DNA of 48,674 nucleotides from an uncultured Gammaproteobacteria bacterium (GTDB lineage Bacteria; Patescibacteriota; Microgenomatia; Daviesbacterales; UBA10151): NCBI GenBank assembly GCA_964459095.1, contig CAYWKL010000003.1, positions 1 to 48,674 of the forward strand, read 5' to 3'. Shown piece by piece: positions 47,965 to 48,674 of this stretch (position 1 is its first letter; each line of letters starts with the position of its first letter). The notes under the pieces were generated by a model. It saw only the letters and a program-made list of their open reading frames with translations, ran no database searches and was not told where the DNA came from. The position numbers and the translations under genes were made by a program.

Positions 47965-48674
47965 ATGCGTATAGGAATTGATGCTAGACTTTATAATGAG
48001 TCGGGGGTAGGAAGGTATATTAGAAATTTGCTTTTTTATTTACAAAAGCTCGATAAAGTAAACCAATACTACATTTTCCACTTGAGGGATGAGTATGATA
48101 GACTAGACTATCATACTAACTTTCATAAAATATTAGCTAACTTTAAATGGTATGGTGTAAAAGAGCAGATTAAATTCCCTAGCTTACTTAATAAATACCA
48201 ATTAAATTTGGTCCATTTTCCCCACTTCAATGTCCCTATTTTCTACAAAGGAAAGTTTATTGTAACTATCCATGACTTAATCCATCAGCATTTTGCAATG
48301 AATAGGGTAACTACGTTAAACCCTTTAGTTTATAAAGTGAAACAACTTGGTTACAAAAAAGTTTTCTCAGCTGCAGTTAAAAATTCTAAGAAAATTATTA
48401 CAGTTTCAGATTATGTAAAAAAACAATTAGAAAATGAGTGGGATATAAATGGAGAAAAAATTATTGTTACTTATGAAGCCGTTGATGACAAAATTATCAC
48501 GATCGTGAAGAAATTGTCAAAGAGGAAAAATTTAAATATTTTAGAGAAATTTGGTATTAGGCAGCCGTTCATTTTTTATGTTGGAAATGCTCATCCTCAC
48601 AAAAATGTAGAAGGTTTAATTAAAGCATTTTTAGAAATTAAGAAAAGAGAATCTGAGATACAGCTTGTTTTATC
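47965..48674 (+). CDS. GT4 glycosyltransferase, 3'-truncated by window edge
   Basis: Not in ORF track. ATG 47965 directly follows TAA: MRIGIDARLYNESGVGRYIRNL...HFPHFNVP...VTIHDL...VGNAHPHKN. Confidence 0.9.
   Translation, partial: MRIGIDARLYNESGVGRYIRNLLFYLQKLDKVNQYYIFHLRDEYDRLDYHTNFHKILANFKWYGVKEQIKFPSLLNKYQLNLVHFPHFNVPIFYKGKFIVTIHDLIHQHFAMNRVTTLNPLVYKVKQLGYKKVFSAAVKNSKKIITVSDYVKKQLENEWDINGEKIIVTYEAVDDKIITIVKKLSKRKNLNILEKFGIRQPFIFYVGNAHPHKNVEGLIKAFLEIKKRESEIQLVL

Noticed and set aside
1..48674. CRISPR arrays, tRNA/rRNA, IS elements, intrinsic terminators and phase-variable homopolymers
   Set aside because: No repeat-spacer pattern, RNA-gene signature, transposase motif or GC hairpin plus U-tract was seen. 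A/T runs of 7-8 are expected at this AT content and no gene is out of frame at them.

Overview
AT-rich, densely packed bacterial cell-surface glycosylation locus filling the whole window and open at both ends. Gene content and style are consistent with a Patescibacteria/CPR (Microgenomates-like) genome, but that is inference only. It encodes 7 GT4 and 7 GT2 soluble glycosyltransferases, about 9 multi-TM GT-C-type proteins (ArnT/PMT-like, AftD/YfhO-like and a 'QQDEW' paralog pair), one Wzx flippase and one WaaL/O-OTase-like ligase. It also has nucleotide-sugar enzymes (GME-like, two Fcl-like, another SDR, a DegT aminotransferase) and many tailoring enzymes: 3 SAM methyltransferases plus one remnant, 2 LbH acyltransferases, a Thr-type alkaline-phosphatase-superfamily enzyme with a CysD-like partner, and a NodU/TobZ carbamoyltransferase. 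Three ORFs missing from the supplied track were read by hand: 1-1029 (-), 23353-23514 (+) and 47965-end (+). The strongest lead is an sxtK-sxtJ-sxtI-like cassette plus a convergent membrane-anchored SGNH protein. Its 53-aa peptide ends in IVYPLF-COOH, matching the C-terminal tyrosine acyl-shuttle motif of DltX (FIYNEF), which suggests an MBOAT-independent transmembrane carbamoyl relay onto surface glycans. No rRNA, tRNA, CRISPR array or mobile element was recognised. Family calls come from motif recognition by eye; no database searches were run.
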